Origin: Octopus vulgaris
Taxonomy: Eukaryota
Reading direction: 5' to 3'
Assembly (NCBI GenBank): GCA_951406725.2
Contig: OX597836.1
Location: 44,144,001 to 44,208,000 of the forward strand
Length of the DNA: 64,000 nt
Both the position numbers and the translations under genes were made by a program. The notes beneath the pieces are model-generated. The model searched no databases, was not told the DNA's origin, and saw only the letters and a list, made by a program, of their open reading frames with translations. Positions 38,193 through 50,453 of this stretch are shown piece after piece (positions within the stretch are counted from its first letter, which is position 1; each line of letters opens with the position of its first letter).

Positions 38193-38342
38193 TTTAAATG
38201 ATATTAATAGCATTTTTTATGTTATTTTAATAGCTTTTTCAAATTTCATTTTACTGCAAAGATTAGGTTTCAAATTTCACTAATGAATTTTAAGTACTAA
38301 TTTACTGATGTATATTATATCATTTCTGATCATTTCAAACTA

Positions 38343-38884
38343 TTGGGTTGTCCGGAAAGTTCGTGCCGATTTATAGTAGCTTACCTTTCGACTTATTTTA
38401 GAACATGGTTGAGTCCATAAAATAGGATTTGATTACACCTCCATTTAGAGCACAGTTTAAGCTATCTTTTCGTGGAAGAAGGTTTATGTTCCTATAACCT
38501 GTGTTAATTCTATAACCATTTAAAATGGAAGATAAGAATGTTCATTTTCGGCACTTGATGCTTTGGGAACCAGACAAAAATTGCTGCAGCTCGGTTGGGA
38601 TGTGTTACCCCATCCTCCGTATTCACCAGATATTGCTCCTTTGGAGAATAGTCTTAATGGTAAAAATTTCAATTCCTTGGATGACGTAAAAAGATACCTT
38701 GATGAATTCTTTGCCATGAAACCACCCCAATTATGGGAAGAGGGTATTTTCAAGTTAAAGGAAAGATGGAGACGAATTGTGCAACAACATGGTTCATATT
38801 TGGATGATTAAAAATGTAATGGCAAGTATTTATTGACCTTTTTCTTTCCTTTAAAAATCGGCACGAACTTTCCGGACAACCCAA
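38343..38884 (+). mobile_element. Internally deleted mariner element
   Basis: Perfect 30-bp TIRs ttgggttgtccggaaagttcgtgccgattt, TA TSD; remnants MEDKNVHFRHLMLW and LGWDVLPHPPYSPDIAP...GIFKLKERWRRIVQQHGSY. Confidence 0.95.
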
Positions 38885-39190
38885 TAATTTGGAGAACACT
38901 TACATCGATACTAGCTGGCCCCGTGCCGTCAAAAATGACGACTGATTGTAGTATTTTGTATATAAATATGGATGGTAAATCAAATTAATACACTTGTTAA
39001 TGTTATCTAGTGGTTGTCTTTTGAGATGTGACATCGATCATCATTTATTACTGAATGAACGCTGGTTCACACATATAAACATTCACATATTTCCCTTGTA
39101 CAAGCACACACATACATATACTCACACAGAGTTGAAACGCTGTTTGAATTTTTCTTTTTAGCGTTGAATGTTCACCATCCCACTTCCATT

Positions 39191-39222
<32 letters not shown>

Positions 39223-39429
39223 TCACATACCTCCCTTTTACTTACACACACACACACACACATACTCACAGAGAGTTGAAACGTTCCCACAACCAGTTTG
39301 TCATCGCCCCTTCCTTCCTTATTCATCTATCACCCCTTCCTTTCTCATTCATATGTTATGACGGAGAAAAACACAAGAGTATTATTATAGTAGACGATTA
39401 CATTTCAGTAGGTTATTTTCCTATTCCTG

Positions 39430-40030
39430 TGTTGTGACACACGTTCGAGGTGCATTCTAGGCGATTTTCTCGCTTCTCCCCTCTCTCACATTTCTTGGCC
39501 CTCTCTTTCTTTAATTCCCACTTTTCCTCCTCGTTTATATCTCCTGTACCTTTCGCTTTGTCTCTTTGACTTTTTCTAATCCTTCAATCCCGCTACCCTC
39601 TATCCCTCTCCCCCTTCCACGTGACCGGTGTCCAGCCAGCCATGATCTTTCTTTCTTGGCCTGACTGCCGACCGCCTATGTTCCTACTTTAGGCTTTCAC
39701 TTCATACACGCCAGCTCAATTTGAATCGTCCCCAGTCGAAAGACACCTGTTGTTATATTCTTCTTGCTTGTATTTGTAATTATGTACCATGTTCTCCGTT
39801 TTTAGTCTTTGTTGCCGTACACATTCGCTAGCTTTCTTACAAAAAACTCTAATACTCTTAGCTTAGACTTTTTTGGGGGAACGAGATCGAACAGTCTCAA
39901 GTGTATCTGCCCGAAACTGTAAGGACATCTGGTAACTTGACTGAAGAAATTAACCACGAATGATCCGTCCTCTTTTTCCCTGTCTTTCTAATTTTTGTTT
40001 TTCCCGTCCGCCTTTGTATTGTTTATCTGT
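39430..40030 (+). mobile_element. Possible decayed Penelope-like 3' terminal region
   Basis: Pyrimidine-rich tract with cgaaagacacctg and cccgaaactgtaaggac motifs; no coding support. Confidence 0.3.
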
Positions 40031-40914
40031 CGAATGTTTTATTGTCTTCTATTGCGTTTTTCCATTTTTTTCATTTCTTATATTTATACACACACACACA
40101 CACACACACACGCACAAATATATGTTCGATGGAATTCTTTCAGTTTCAGTCTACCAAATTCACTCAAGGCTTTCGAAGAAAACACTTGCCAAGGTGCCAC
40201 GCAGTGGGATTGACCCCCCGATATCATGTGACTGCGAAGCAAACTTCTTACCACACGCAGCTACGTCCATAAAGAAAAAATATCGAATTTCTTTGATTCA
40301 AACCTTCGATCACAACTATAAACTATTTGCTAAATGTGCCGAACAACAAACAATTAGTTTCCGAACAACGGATATCGCATAACGGTTTCAGTTTCCAGAT
40401 GGATGCAATTATTCAATCTACATACTTTTACTAATACTCATGAGAAAGGCAGCAATGACAAATGTCCTGTCCTTTTTAAACAAATCTCGGTCCCTTGTAT
40501 CTCGGCAAACTGAACCAGTAAGAGTTTATGTAAACAGAGCGGTGTTTTGTGCGGAATAATTGTACAAAGTATTTAGAGTGTGCAAGCATGCATACGTTTA
40601 CACATGTATGAGTGGAGAGCGATACATCTTGGTGGACTATTTTAAAAGATTGTAGATATGAAGAAGGTTGATTTGTTTCGGATGTAGATCCACTTGGAAT
40701 ATAAAATGCTTAGAGCTAATATGTATTTAGAGTGCTGCCGCGTTTAGCTAGAATGTTTAATGTTTGTAAGTATTCTCATGTTGCCACTTTTTATGTCAAA
40801 CCTCTAACCTAATCGATTGATAAATGTAGCTTCGATTAAGACTTAGATGGCACGTGATCACAGTCAAATCAGAGAAACTAGTACATACATACATGTATTC
40901 TGTTATATTCCTTT

Positions 40915-41130
40915 ATTCTTATATTCTTATACTTGTTTCAGTCATTTGACTGTGGCCATGACGGAGCAACGCCTTTGGTCGAACAAATCGAACCCAGGAA
41001 TTACTCTTTGTAAGCTTAGTACTTATTCTGTCGGTCCCTTTTGCCGAACCCCTAAGTTTCAGGGACGTAAACACACCAGCATCGGTTGTCAAGCGATTGT
41101 AGGGAGACAAACACAATACTCGCGAGCACA
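40915..41130 (-). mobile_element. 3' half of SINE family A (old)
   Basis: Reverse-complement A tail running into (CA)/(TA)n. Confidence 0.8.
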
Positions 41131-41181
41131 CACACACATATGTGTGTGTATATATATATACATACACACGCACACACACAA

Positions 41182-41222
<41 letters not shown>

Positions 41223-41229
41223 AACATAT

Positions 41230-41270
<41 letters not shown>

Positions 41271-41744
41271 TCTGCTCGCTTAGCCAGCGGTCCCAGTCAT
41301 TACTTAGTTTTAACATCTGCACACCTCCCCCACTATCTGATGTCGCTTGGTCAGAGGTGAAGGCTTGTGGCATTTGGTAAATGTATCGAATATGGTGTTG
41401 ACGAAGGAAATCAGGCAATTTCTAGCCTGTGATCTAGAAACATGTTCACCATTGACGGTAAGAGATTGTTTTCGTTTATTTGCTACTCTGATTTTGCGTG
41501 TGTGAATCGCAGGGTTTATCGTATATGGAACCTCCACTTGTAGAAAATGGAAAAAACAGTCTTTGACTGCCATTGCTAATTCCTTCGGTATGCGGCGAAG
41601 CAGCCTGTTGCCCGGCCTTTTAATTATTTTTACTATATACTGAACTTTACAGAAGTTCCTGACGCTAAAAGTCATATTTACATACCGAAATTTACCGGTA
41701 AATAATTGTTGGTTGTCTGAAAAACCACTGAAAAATTATTTACC

Positions 41745-41869
<125 letters not shown>

Positions 41870-41876
41870 ATGTACA

Positions 41877-42180
41877 TGGAGAGGTACATGGCTTAGTGGT
41901 TAGAGCAACGAACTCGCGGTCGAGGGATCGCAGGTTCGAATCTCAGACCGGGCGATGTGTGTGTTTATGAGCGAAACATCTAAGCTCCACGCGGCTCCGG
42001 CAGAAGGTAATGTCGAACTTCTGACTCTTTCGCCACAACTTTCTCTGACTCTTTCCTCCTGCATCTTGCTGCTCACCTGCGACGGACCGGCGTCCCGTTC
42101 AGGTGGGGAACCTATACGCCAAGGAAACCGGGAAACCGGCCCTAATGAGCTAGGCGTGGCTTGAGAAGAAACAAACAACA
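41877..42180 (+). mobile_element. SINE family C variant with tail type d
   Basis: tggcttagtggttag...ctcgcggtcg...GGTTCGAATCTC head; ctgcgacggaccggcgtcccgttcagg block. Confidence 0.8.
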
Positions 42181-42185
42181 AATAT

Positions 42186-42254
<69 letters not shown>

Positions 42255-42257
<3 letters not shown>

Positions 42258-42685
42258 CTACGATGTGGAGAATATACCCCCAACTTTGCCCAAACCTGAT
42301 CATTAGCTTCAAGGTTCATCCAAGACTGGGACCACGGGTCATACGTCCCCTGCCCAATTCAAGATCACAGCATACATGTACACTGCAACATAATTTCTTT
42401 TCCTCAACAGGCCCTGCTCTATTTAACATTGTCCCGAAAGAGATCAAAGAAGAAAAGGATCCCATCGCCTTTAAATGGAGTCTGGATAGATTCCTTCAAG
42501 GAATACCAGATAAGCCACCCATAATTGGATACAACTCACCCAACAAAAACGCACTATTTGAATGGATCATAAACAAAACTTGACTTAAACAGGATTCGAA
42601 TAATCCTATCAGGTGGTGCTATTAAGTTAGACATGGCCTGGACCAATCTTTGGTCGAAACATATCTAAGTTTTATCTAAGTTTTA
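42255..42685 (+). mobile_element. 3' end of a CR1/L2-group LINE in (TA)n
   Basis: MWRIYPQLCPN...FKVHPRLG...GPALFNIVP...FKWSLDRFLQGIPDKP; homologous to 45425-45912; tail (atctaagtttt)2. Confidence 0.8.
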
Positions 42686-43050
42686 TATACGTATACATAT
42701 ATGTCCGTGTATATACATACATAAAACACACACACACACACACATATACATATATATATATATATGGAAACGACCTCCAGCCCACAAGAGTAAACAAGAG
42801 ATACAGAGACAGGCAGAAACAAGGAAAATGCCCCTTGTATTTGAATACTGCGCAAATATTCTTTAAAAAACACTTTTCTGTTATTTTTTCCAAAATTTAA
42901 TTGTTTTCCATACTTACAGATGAAAAAGTCTCAATGACTGAAACCGGTACTGAAATGTTTTTTATAAAATTATTTTAGCATTTTCTACCTTGACTTTTTT
43001 TCCATATATATCAACTCGTGTGTTCCTTTTCAACCTTCTAAATATAAATT

Positions 43051-43105
<55 letters not shown>

Positions 43106-43140
43106 TGATAAAAATGGTAAGACAATATATATATATATAT

Positions 43141-43207
<67 letters not shown>

Positions 43208-43225
43208 CATTTATAAATATATATT

Positions 43226-43278
<53 letters not shown>

Positions 43279-43345
43279 GTTTATATACATACATTTATAA
43301 ATATATATATATATATACATATATATATACATATATATATGTATG

Positions 43346-43398
<53 letters not shown>

Positions 43399-43405
43399 TA
43401 GGCAT

Positions 43406-43621
43406 GCGAAATTTAGTTAGTTAAGATATGTTTGTGATATATCTCAACTTCTAAAGGTAAACTCGGTGCGGTGAGTGTGGAGAAAAGATTCTCTCTAATG
43501 ATAACATAAGAGAGAATCTTTTACCGTAAAAGAGCATATTCCCTCAGACGCTATCTTCAGTGAATTTGCCTTTAGAAGTTGGAATATGTCACAAACATGT
43601 TCTGACTAACCGAAAGTTCGC
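43406..43621. mobile_element. Fold-back / MITE-like palindrome
   Basis: About 55-bp imperfect outer inverted repeats plus inner hairpin aaaagattctctct...agagagaatctttt. Confidence 0.7.
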
Positions 43622-43696
43622 TTTTGCATCAATGCTACGTGGTGATAATGTTGTTGAAAGTGTGTGTGTTTGTGTGAGTGTGTGTGTGTGTATGTG

Positions 43697-43731
<35 letters not shown>

Positions 43732-43809
43732 GCTGTATGTAGGTCTACATAATCTCCAGTGGTTCCGTGTTTTCGAACGCCATTTTGTGTATGTATGTTT
43801 AGAATGTCA

Positions 43810-44125
43810 GCGGTGACAGTGGTGGTGGTGGTGGTGGTGGTGACAGTGGTGGTGGTTGTGGTGGTGGTTGTGGTGATGGTTGTGGTGGTGGTGGTGGTGG
43901 TGGTGGTGGCGGCGGAGGAGGAGGTGATGCTGGTGCTAGTGGTGGTGGTGGTGGTGGTGGTGGTGACGGTGGTGGTGGTGGTGGTGGTGACAGTGGCGGC
44001 GGCGGAGGTTGTGCTGGTGCTAGTGGTGCTGGTGGTGCTAGTGGTGGTGATGGTGGTGGCGGTGGTGGTGGCGTTGGTGGTGTCGGCGGTGGCCGTTCTG
44101 ATAATAGTGGATGGTGGTGGTGGGG
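43810..44125. repeat. (GGT)n-derived low-complexity tract
   Basis: Direct reading. Confidence 0.9.
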
Positions 44126-44510
44126 GTCTTCTATTTCTATCTGCTATGGCAGCCATTCAGACTCGTTCAGATTGAAGTCGTTGCTCTTTAACCCTCGGGT
44201 CAGTCCTCTTTGACCATACGTACGATCAAAAGTGATCCAGCCTTGACCAGACCATCACATGTTCATCCATAGCATATTTTCCTCTATTTCGGAAGGCATG
44301 GTGTCACTTGAACGAGATTTAGCTGCTATTTCTAGCAAGGCGAATGGCCACTACGGTATTATTGTTTAATTCACATAGAAGCATTGTGTATAACAATGAA
44401 GCTTGCATGAAAAGTGCGCGCTATATAGTGTTCTGTAGATACTTCAAACGTGAAATGTATGATGTGTAGACTGTACAATTTATGGAATGTGCAATTATTG
44501 TGTGTGTAAT

Positions 44511-45035
44511 TGCAGGAGTGGCTGTGTAGTGGGTGGCTTGCTTACCAACCACATGGTTCCGGGTTCAGTCCCACTGCGTGGCATCTTGGGCAAGTATCTT
44601 CTGCTATGGCCTCGGGCCGACCAATGCCTTGTGGGTGGATTGGTAGACGGAAACTGAAAGAAGCCTATCGTAAATATGTATATATATGTATATATGTATG
44701 TGTATGTATATGTTTGTGTGTCTGTGTTTGTCCCTCCAACATCGCTTGTCAACCGATGCTGGTGTGTTTACGTCCCCCGTAACATAGCGGTTCGGCAAAA
44801 GAGACCGATAGAATAAGTACTAGGCTTACAAAGAATAAGTCCTGGGGTCGATTTGCTCGACTAAAGGTGGTGCTCCAGCATGGCCACAGTCAAATGACTG
44901 AAACAAGTAAAAGAGACCGATAGAATAAGTACTAGGCTTACAAAGAATAATCCTGGGGTCGATTTGCTCGACTAAAGGTGGTGCTCCAGCATGGCCACAG
45001 TCAAATGACTGAAACAAGTAAAAGAGTAAAAGAGT
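44511..45035 (+). mobile_element. SINE family A with a duplicated 3' ~117 bp
   Basis: aaaagagaccgatagaataag...gaaacaagtaaaagag present twice. Confidence 0.9.
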
Positions 45036-45379
45036 AATATAGTGACTTTGTATGATGCATGAATGCAGGATGTATGAAATGTTTGATATATATGAAGTAT
45101 GATGTATATAGTGTGTGGTATATGGAATAAATGATATACAATGAGTATAATGTACAGCATGTTGGATATATAGACTATATAATTTATGGAACGTGTGATG
45201 TTTCGACTTCGTTCGTATGTAGGGTGTACGATCCATAATAGAGTTATAATGTAGAGAATGCGTGATACGTAGGTGGTCGTGCTGGCGGCGCCACCTGATT
45301 GATTTGGAAATTCGATTTCCCAAATTATTTATATGTATAAATATATATGTATGTATATATACACACATATATATATGTA

Positions 45380-45424
<45 letters not shown>

Positions 45425-45426
<2 letters not shown>

Positions 45427-45908
45427 TTTGATACTTTGATACTTTGATAGGTTTCGGCCATTATTGGCCCAGGCCATGTCTAACTTAATAGCACCACCTG
45501 GTGAAGTCTTTCAAGTCAGAATTTGGGCACTATGGCCCACTCAAGTAGAGAGTTATTGTTTACAGAGACATATCCGGGTGTAGGGGGTTTATCCGGGATT
45601 TCTTGAAGGAATCTGTCCAAAGACTTCTTGAACCCTATAGGGTCAGTTTCTGTTTTAATGTATTTTGGTGTAATGTTAAAGAGAGCGGGGCCAATTGAGG
45701 TGAAATAATTGTGCCGTATTGTTGTTATGAGATGAGAGTGCGATTTTTGTTTTGGGCGGATGGCACGGGGCCCAAGCCTTGGATGTACCTTAAAGGTGAT
45801 GCCAACATCATTTGGGCAATGCTGATGGAATATTTTCCACATCATGCAGATGATGTAGCGCTCACGACGACGTTGGAGAGAATAGAGTTTTAGCTTTTCT
45901 AGTCGACC

Positions 45909-45912
<4 letters not shown>
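45425..45912 (-). mobile_element. 3' end of a CR1/L2-group LINE in (TA)n
   Basis: [20 protein letters not shown]...GPALFNITP...FKKSLDRFLQEIPDKP; tail (atcaaagt)3; (TA)n on both sides. Confidence 0.85.
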
Positions 45913-45960
<48 letters not shown>

Positions 45961-45986
45961 CACACACATATATATATATACACACA

Positions 45987-46017
<31 letters not shown>

Positions 46018-46299
46018 ATATATATATTTATAAATATATGTATATATACATATATATGTATGCATATATATATGTATATATACATATATATATACATGTA
46101 TATATGTATATATACATATATATATATACATATATATACATATATATATATACATATATATACATATATATACATATATATATATATATATACATACATA
46201 TATCTATCTATATATATAGTGGTTGATTAGTTACTGTTATGTAGGCTGGGGGAAAGTGTTTGACAAAAAGAAGACATGGTATTGTGATATTATATAGTT

Positions 46300-47900
46300 A
46301 TGCATAGGTATCAGTTACACTGTCAACGACTATATTAAGTACACTTAGTAACCACCAATTCATGCGAATAACCACCGTATCAGTTACTCTTACTGATAAC
46401 AACTATAACTACTACACTTACAAATAACTATTTCAATTGCACTTATAAACAACAAGTGTACAAACTACTTTAACAAGTGTATAAACAACAAGTGTATAAA
46501 CTACACTTTGTCAGATAAAGTTGTTTGCAAGTGTATCTGACAATTGCGCTTACAAAGAGCAAGTGTAACAAGTACACTTACAAAGAACAACTGTATCAAC
46601 TACCCTTAGGAACAACGACGGTGACAACTACACTTACAAACAATGACGGTAACAAAACAATTACAAACAATGACCGTAACAACTACACTTTTAAACGATG
46701 ACGGTAACAACTACACTTACCAACAATGACGATAACAACTACACTTACAATGACGGTAACAACTACACTTACAAACAATGATTATAACAACTACACTTAC
46801 ACTGACGGTAACAACTACACTTACAAACAATGACGGTAGCAACTACACTTACAATCAATGACGGTAACAACTACACTTACAAACAACGACGGTAACAACT
46901 ACACTTACAAACAACGACGGTAACAACTACACTTAGAAACAATGACGGTAACAAATACATTTACAAACAACGACGGTAACAACTACACTTACAAACAACG
47001 ACGGTAACAAATACACTTACAAACAATGACGGTAACAGATACACTTACAAACAATGACGGTAACAACTACACTTACAAACAATGACGATAACAGATACAC
47101 TTACAAACAATGACGGTAACAGATACACTTACAAACAATGACGGTAACAACTACACTTACAAACAATGACGATAACAACTACACTTACAAACAATGGCGA
47201 TAACAACTACACTTACAAACAATGACGGTAACAACTACACTTACAAACAATGACGGAGACAACTACACTTACAAACAATGACGATAACAACTACACTTAC
47301 AAACAATGGCGATAACAACTACACTTACAAACAATGACGGTAACAACTACACTTACAAACAATGACGGAAACAACTACACTTACTAACAATGACGGTAAC
47401 AACTACACTTACAAACAATGACCGCAACAACTACACTTACAACGATGGTAACAAATACACTTACAAACAATGACCGTAACAACTACACTTACAAACAACA
47501 ACGGTAACAACTACACTTACAGTCAGCGAAGGTAACAACCACACTTATAGACAACAACTGTAACAATTAGTTTCAAACGACTATAACAATTACACTTAGA
47601 AAAACTGTAACAGCTACACTTACAAACAACGACTATAACAATTACACTTACTAGCAACAACTGTAACTACTATATTTTCAAACAACGACTGTAACAACTA
47701 CACTTTCAAAGAATGACTATAACACTTACACAGGCCATCAGCTGTAACAACTACAGTTAGGAACAACAATTGTAACAATTACATTTTGAACAACAGCTAC
47801 ACTTGCAAACAATAGCTGTATCAATTACACTTACTAATACCACCTATATCAACTACACTTACTAATTACTATGTCACCTACACTTATTAAAAGCATCTAT
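46300..47900. repeat. 28-bp minisatellite with homogeneous core and decayed edges
   Basis: acaactacacttacaaacaatgacggta units, cleanest at ~46620-47520; decayed units persist near 48300-48490, 48945-49050 and 50090-50200. Confidence 0.92.
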
Positions 47901-47904
47901 ACTC

Positions 47905-48285
47905 GTTACTCTCTCTTTAACTTGTTTCAGTCATTTGACTGCGGCCATGCTGGAGCACCGCCTTTAGTCGAGCAAATCGACCCCGGGACTTATTCTTTGT
48001 AAGCCCAGTACTTATTCTATCGGTCTCTTTTGCCGCTAAGTGACGGGGACGTAAACACACCAGCATCGGTTGTCAAGCAATGCTAGGGGGACAAACACAG
48101 ACGCACAAACATATACACACACATACATATATATATATACATATATATACGACAGGCTTCTTTCAGTTTCCGTCTACCAAATCCACTCAGAAGGCATTGG
48201 TCGACCCGGGGCTATAGCAGAAGACACTTGCCCAAGATGCCATGTGGTTGGTAAGCAAGCTACTTACCACACAGCCACTCCTGCG
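47905..48285 (-). mobile_element. SINE family A (small deletions)
   Basis: Reverse-complement copy. Confidence 0.88.
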
Positions 48286-48489
48286 CGTCAAACATATTCT
48301 ATAACAACTATGTAAATTACTTACTAACTACCGTAGCATACTTATAACATTTATATCATCTACACTTGTTAATAATAGCTATAGTAACTATATTACTAAC
48401 AACAACTAAATCAACAAGACTTACAAATAACAACTTCACCTTCTGACAGCAATTGCATCAAATTCACTAATAATAATAACTATAACTAT

Positions 48490-48655
48490 AGGCGCAGGAG
48501 TGGCTGTGTGGTAAGTAGCTTGCTTACCAACCACATGGTTCCGGGTTCAGTCCCACTGCGTGGCATGTTGGGCATGTGTCTTCTGCTATAGCCCCGGGCC
48601 GATCAATGCCTTGTGAGTGGATTTGGTAGACGGAAACTGAAAGAAGCCTGTCGTA

Positions 48656-48741
<86 letters not shown>

Positions 48742-48942
48742 TGTGTCTGTGCTTGTCCCCCTAGCATTGCTTGACAACCGATGCTGGTGTGTTTACGTCC
48801 CCGTCACTTAGCGGTTCGGCAAAAGCGACCGATAGAATAAGTACTGGGCTTACAAAGAATAAATCCCGGGGTCGATTTGCTCGACTAAAAGGCGGTGCTC
48901 CAGCATGGCCGCAGTCAAATGACTGAAACAAGTCAAAGAGTC
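48490..48942 (+). mobile_element. SINE family A
   Basis: Full-length copy. Confidence 0.92.
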
Positions 48943-49054
48943 ATAACAACTGATCTTACTCACAGTAAGTGTATCAGCTACTTTTACAGATAACAACATA
49001 TCGGTAACGTTTACTAACAACAAATCTATCAACAACACTTTCTAATAACTAACA

Positions 49055-49478
49055 TTCTTTCTTACTCTAGGCACACGGCCCGAAATTTTGGGGGAGGGGC
49101 ACCAGTCGATTAGATCAACCTCGGTACGCAAATGGTACTTAATTTATCGGCCCCGAAAGGATGAAAGGCAAAGTCGACCTCGGTAGAATTTGAACTCAGA
49201 ACGTAAAGACAGACGAAATACCGCTAAGCATTTCATATTCTTTTTATTGCCCGCAAGGGGCTAAACACAGAGGGGAAAAACAAGGACAGATAAACGGATT
49301 AAGTCGATTATATCGACACCAGTGCGTAACTGGTACTTATTTAATCGACCCCGAAAGGATGAAAGGCAAAGGCGACCTCGGCGGAATTTGAACTCAGAAC
49401 GTAGCGGCAGACGAAATACCTATTTCTTTACTACCCACAAGGGGCTAAACACAGAGGGGACAAGCAAGGACAGACAAA
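49055..49478 (-). mobile_element. Composite SINE B: partial B1 + B1 unit + B2 unit
   Basis: Canonical junction at ~49421; variant junction at ~49236 into a B2 copy. Confidence 0.82.
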
Positions 49479-49536
49479 CTGAACCCGGAACCATGTGTTT
49501 AATGATATATTAACTTAGCATATAATCAACGAGAAT

Positions 49537-49786
49537 CTTTTCTTTTACTTGCTTTGTTCATTAGAGTGCGGCCATACTGGGGCACCACCTTGAAAAATCT
49601 TTTTTTAGTTTGGTAATATTGTACTGGTCTTTTTGCCGAACAGCTAGTTTACGGTGACGCAAACACACCAACAGCGGTTGTCAAGGGGTAGTGGACAAAC
49701 ACAGACGCAAAGATACACGCACATAGATACATACATACATATATATACATATGTATATATATGTGTGTGCATATACACACACACAC

Positions 49787-49844
<58 letters not shown>

Positions 49845-49855
49845 ATATATACTGG

Positions 49856-49939
<84 letters not shown>

Positions 49940-50085
49940 CGATGGGTTTCTTTCAGTTTCCGTCAACCAAATCCACTCAAAGTGCTTTGGTGGGCCCGAG
50001 GCTACAGTTGAAGATTCTGGCCCAAGGTGCCACGCAGTGGGACTGAACCCGAAATCATGTGGTTGAGAAGCAAACTTCACACCAC
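49537..50085 (-). mobile_element. Old SINE family A with (TA)(TG)(AGAT)n interior
   Basis: Diverged reverse-complement copy. Confidence 0.78.
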
Positions 50086-50453
50086 ACACTTATAAAAAGT
50101 CTATCAACTACACTTACAATACCTGTATTAACTGTACTAACTACACTTAACAGTAAGATCTACACTTACAACAATTATATCAAATACACTTACAACAAAG
50201 GTCATCACAGCAGATCAACGCAAAGAAATAACAATGATAATTACTACAAATGAAATGAAATACATGTGGACGTTCAGCGTGCTAGAAACAGCAGCTAAAT
50301 TTCTCTCTTGTTATATCAAAAAATTACACGTGGTTCAGAATTACATGATGCATTGACTGAAAAAAAAAATACAGACAGTATGGTCCTGGTTGGAAGGTCT
50401 TCGATCCTAGTTCCGTCTTATGTACTTGGGATTAACAACGTTCCAACAATATC

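Noticed and set aside
38563-38811. Functional transposase or SETMAR-like gene
   Set aside because: DNA-binding and catalytic regions are deleted.
42900-42960. Short exon
   Set aside because: Splice-like signals can be read on either strand with no way to choose; no coding support.
46600-47560. Regular 28-bp repeats as a CRISPR array
   Set aside because: Head-to-tail units with no unique spacers, eukaryotic context, no cas genes.
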